Shown one piece after another: positions 63,322 through 64,000 of a stretch of 64,000 bases of DNA. Made by a program: the position numbers and the translations under genes. This DNA comes from an uncultured Planctomycetaceae bacterium (GTDB taxonomy: Bacteria > Planctomycetota > Planctomycetia > Planctomycetales > Planctomycetaceae): positions 224,001 to 288,000 of the forward strand of contig CAWFGE010000008.1 in NCBI GenBank assembly GCA_963815195.1, read 5' to 3'. The notes below the pieces were generated by a model that did not search any database, was not told the DNA's origin, and saw only the letters and a list, made by a program, of their open reading frames with translations. Each line of letters starts with the position of its first letter. Position 1 is the first letter of the stretch.

Positions 63322-63700
63322 ATTTTATGCAAGGTGGTTCCAGCACCGCCGGGTTCAAAACCAAAACTTTTGATTCAAAACCCTTCAAAAAATGTGCGCG
63401 GCTGCCGTGCGGTATCCGGGCCAAAAGCCCTCAGCGATTTTGCCACCCCCCCCGGTCGAACCGTGGGCCAGAATGCCGGCCCGCCGTTGAAACAAACTCT
63501 CTCTTTCATGCCGGGTCTTTACCACGCCCCGCCGATCACACCGATGTTGGGGAAGAACCTAGGCGGCGACATCAGGTCGGCTTCGCCGATGCTTCGATCA
63601 TCGCCAGGATCCCCGCTTTGATGGCATCGGGCAGCGTGGGCCATGACTTCGATGACGCGGGAGAGTTCCGGACATTCGCGGCCATGCGATGACGGCAGGT

Positions 63701-63725
63701 TGGTCCAAGTTTTGGTCCAAGTTTT
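63701..63725 (+). repeat. Putative integrase arm-type site (right)
   Basis: Identical to 48924-48948. Confidence 0.7.
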
Positions 63726-63757
63726 CGCCCAGATCCCTTGTTTTTAAGGGTCCGCTC

Positions 63758-63806
63758 GCGGATTGCAAATCCGCCATCGCCGGTTCAAATCCGGCCGGCG
63801 CCTCTT
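63758..63806 (+). repeat. attR core (duplicated 3' part of tRNA-Cys)
   Basis: Identical 49 bp to 48738-48786; lacks the tRNA 5' half. Confidence 0.92.
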
Positions 63807-64000
63807 GCTTAATTCCCTTGTATTTCAGAGATTACGCCAAACGCCTTGCGGAAAACCGCAGGGCGTTTTTTGCTGATTTCCGCTTGGTTGCACGGATTTT
63901 CGTGAAACCAACCGGCCGCAGAATTCCAATGACCACGGGACCGGGCACACGCTGACAAAACGCCACGATCGGCACACGGCCAAGCCCCATTCGCGCCGCC

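Larger units (their letters stand above)
48738..63806. mobile_element. Integrative element / phage-satellite-like genomic island in tRNA-Cys (~15 kb)
   Basis: Identical 49-bp direct repeat at 48738-48786 and 63758-63806; adjacent tyrosine integrase; AlpA-like and replication genes. Confidence 0.92.

Noticed and set aside
63758..63806. Second tRNA-Cys gene
   Set aside because: Only the anticodon arm to the 3' end is present; this is attR
48738..63806. Prophage or conjugative ICE
   Set aside because: No structural, terminase, lysis, relaxase or T4SS genes recognised

Overview
GC-rich bacterial DNA whose gene content points to a Planctomycete: a DUF1501 plus DUF1549/DUF1553 pair, a BlaI-M56 fusion, a kinase-linked ECF sigma factor and zinc-ribbon membrane proteins. 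Positions 1-48.7 kb are mostly core or lifestyle genes (corC-like, ybeY, fabH, cls, Mn-catalase, CheB/CheR hybrid kinase, SDRs), with several families of short intergenic repeats including a 142-bp MITE-like element. A complete ~15 kb integrative element occupies 48738-63806. It is inserted in tRNA-Cys(GCA) and bounded by a 49-bp att duplication. It carries an integrase, AlpA-like regulators and a DnaB-N/DUF3987 replication gene, but no virion or conjugation genes. Its cargo looks defence-related: an IrrE/ImmA protease with a class III cyclase-like partner, a nucleotidyltransferase/HTH TA-like pair, and a type III R-M locus whose centre has been replaced. The replacement is an AT-richer three-gene operon with its own promoter, encoding a COMM-domain-like protein, an alpha-solenoid protein and a permuted papain-like Cys hydrolase. 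This operon is the best candidate for an undescribed system. Many genes carry isolated frameshifts, probably sequencing or assembly indels. All family calls come from motifs recognised by eye, not from database searches.
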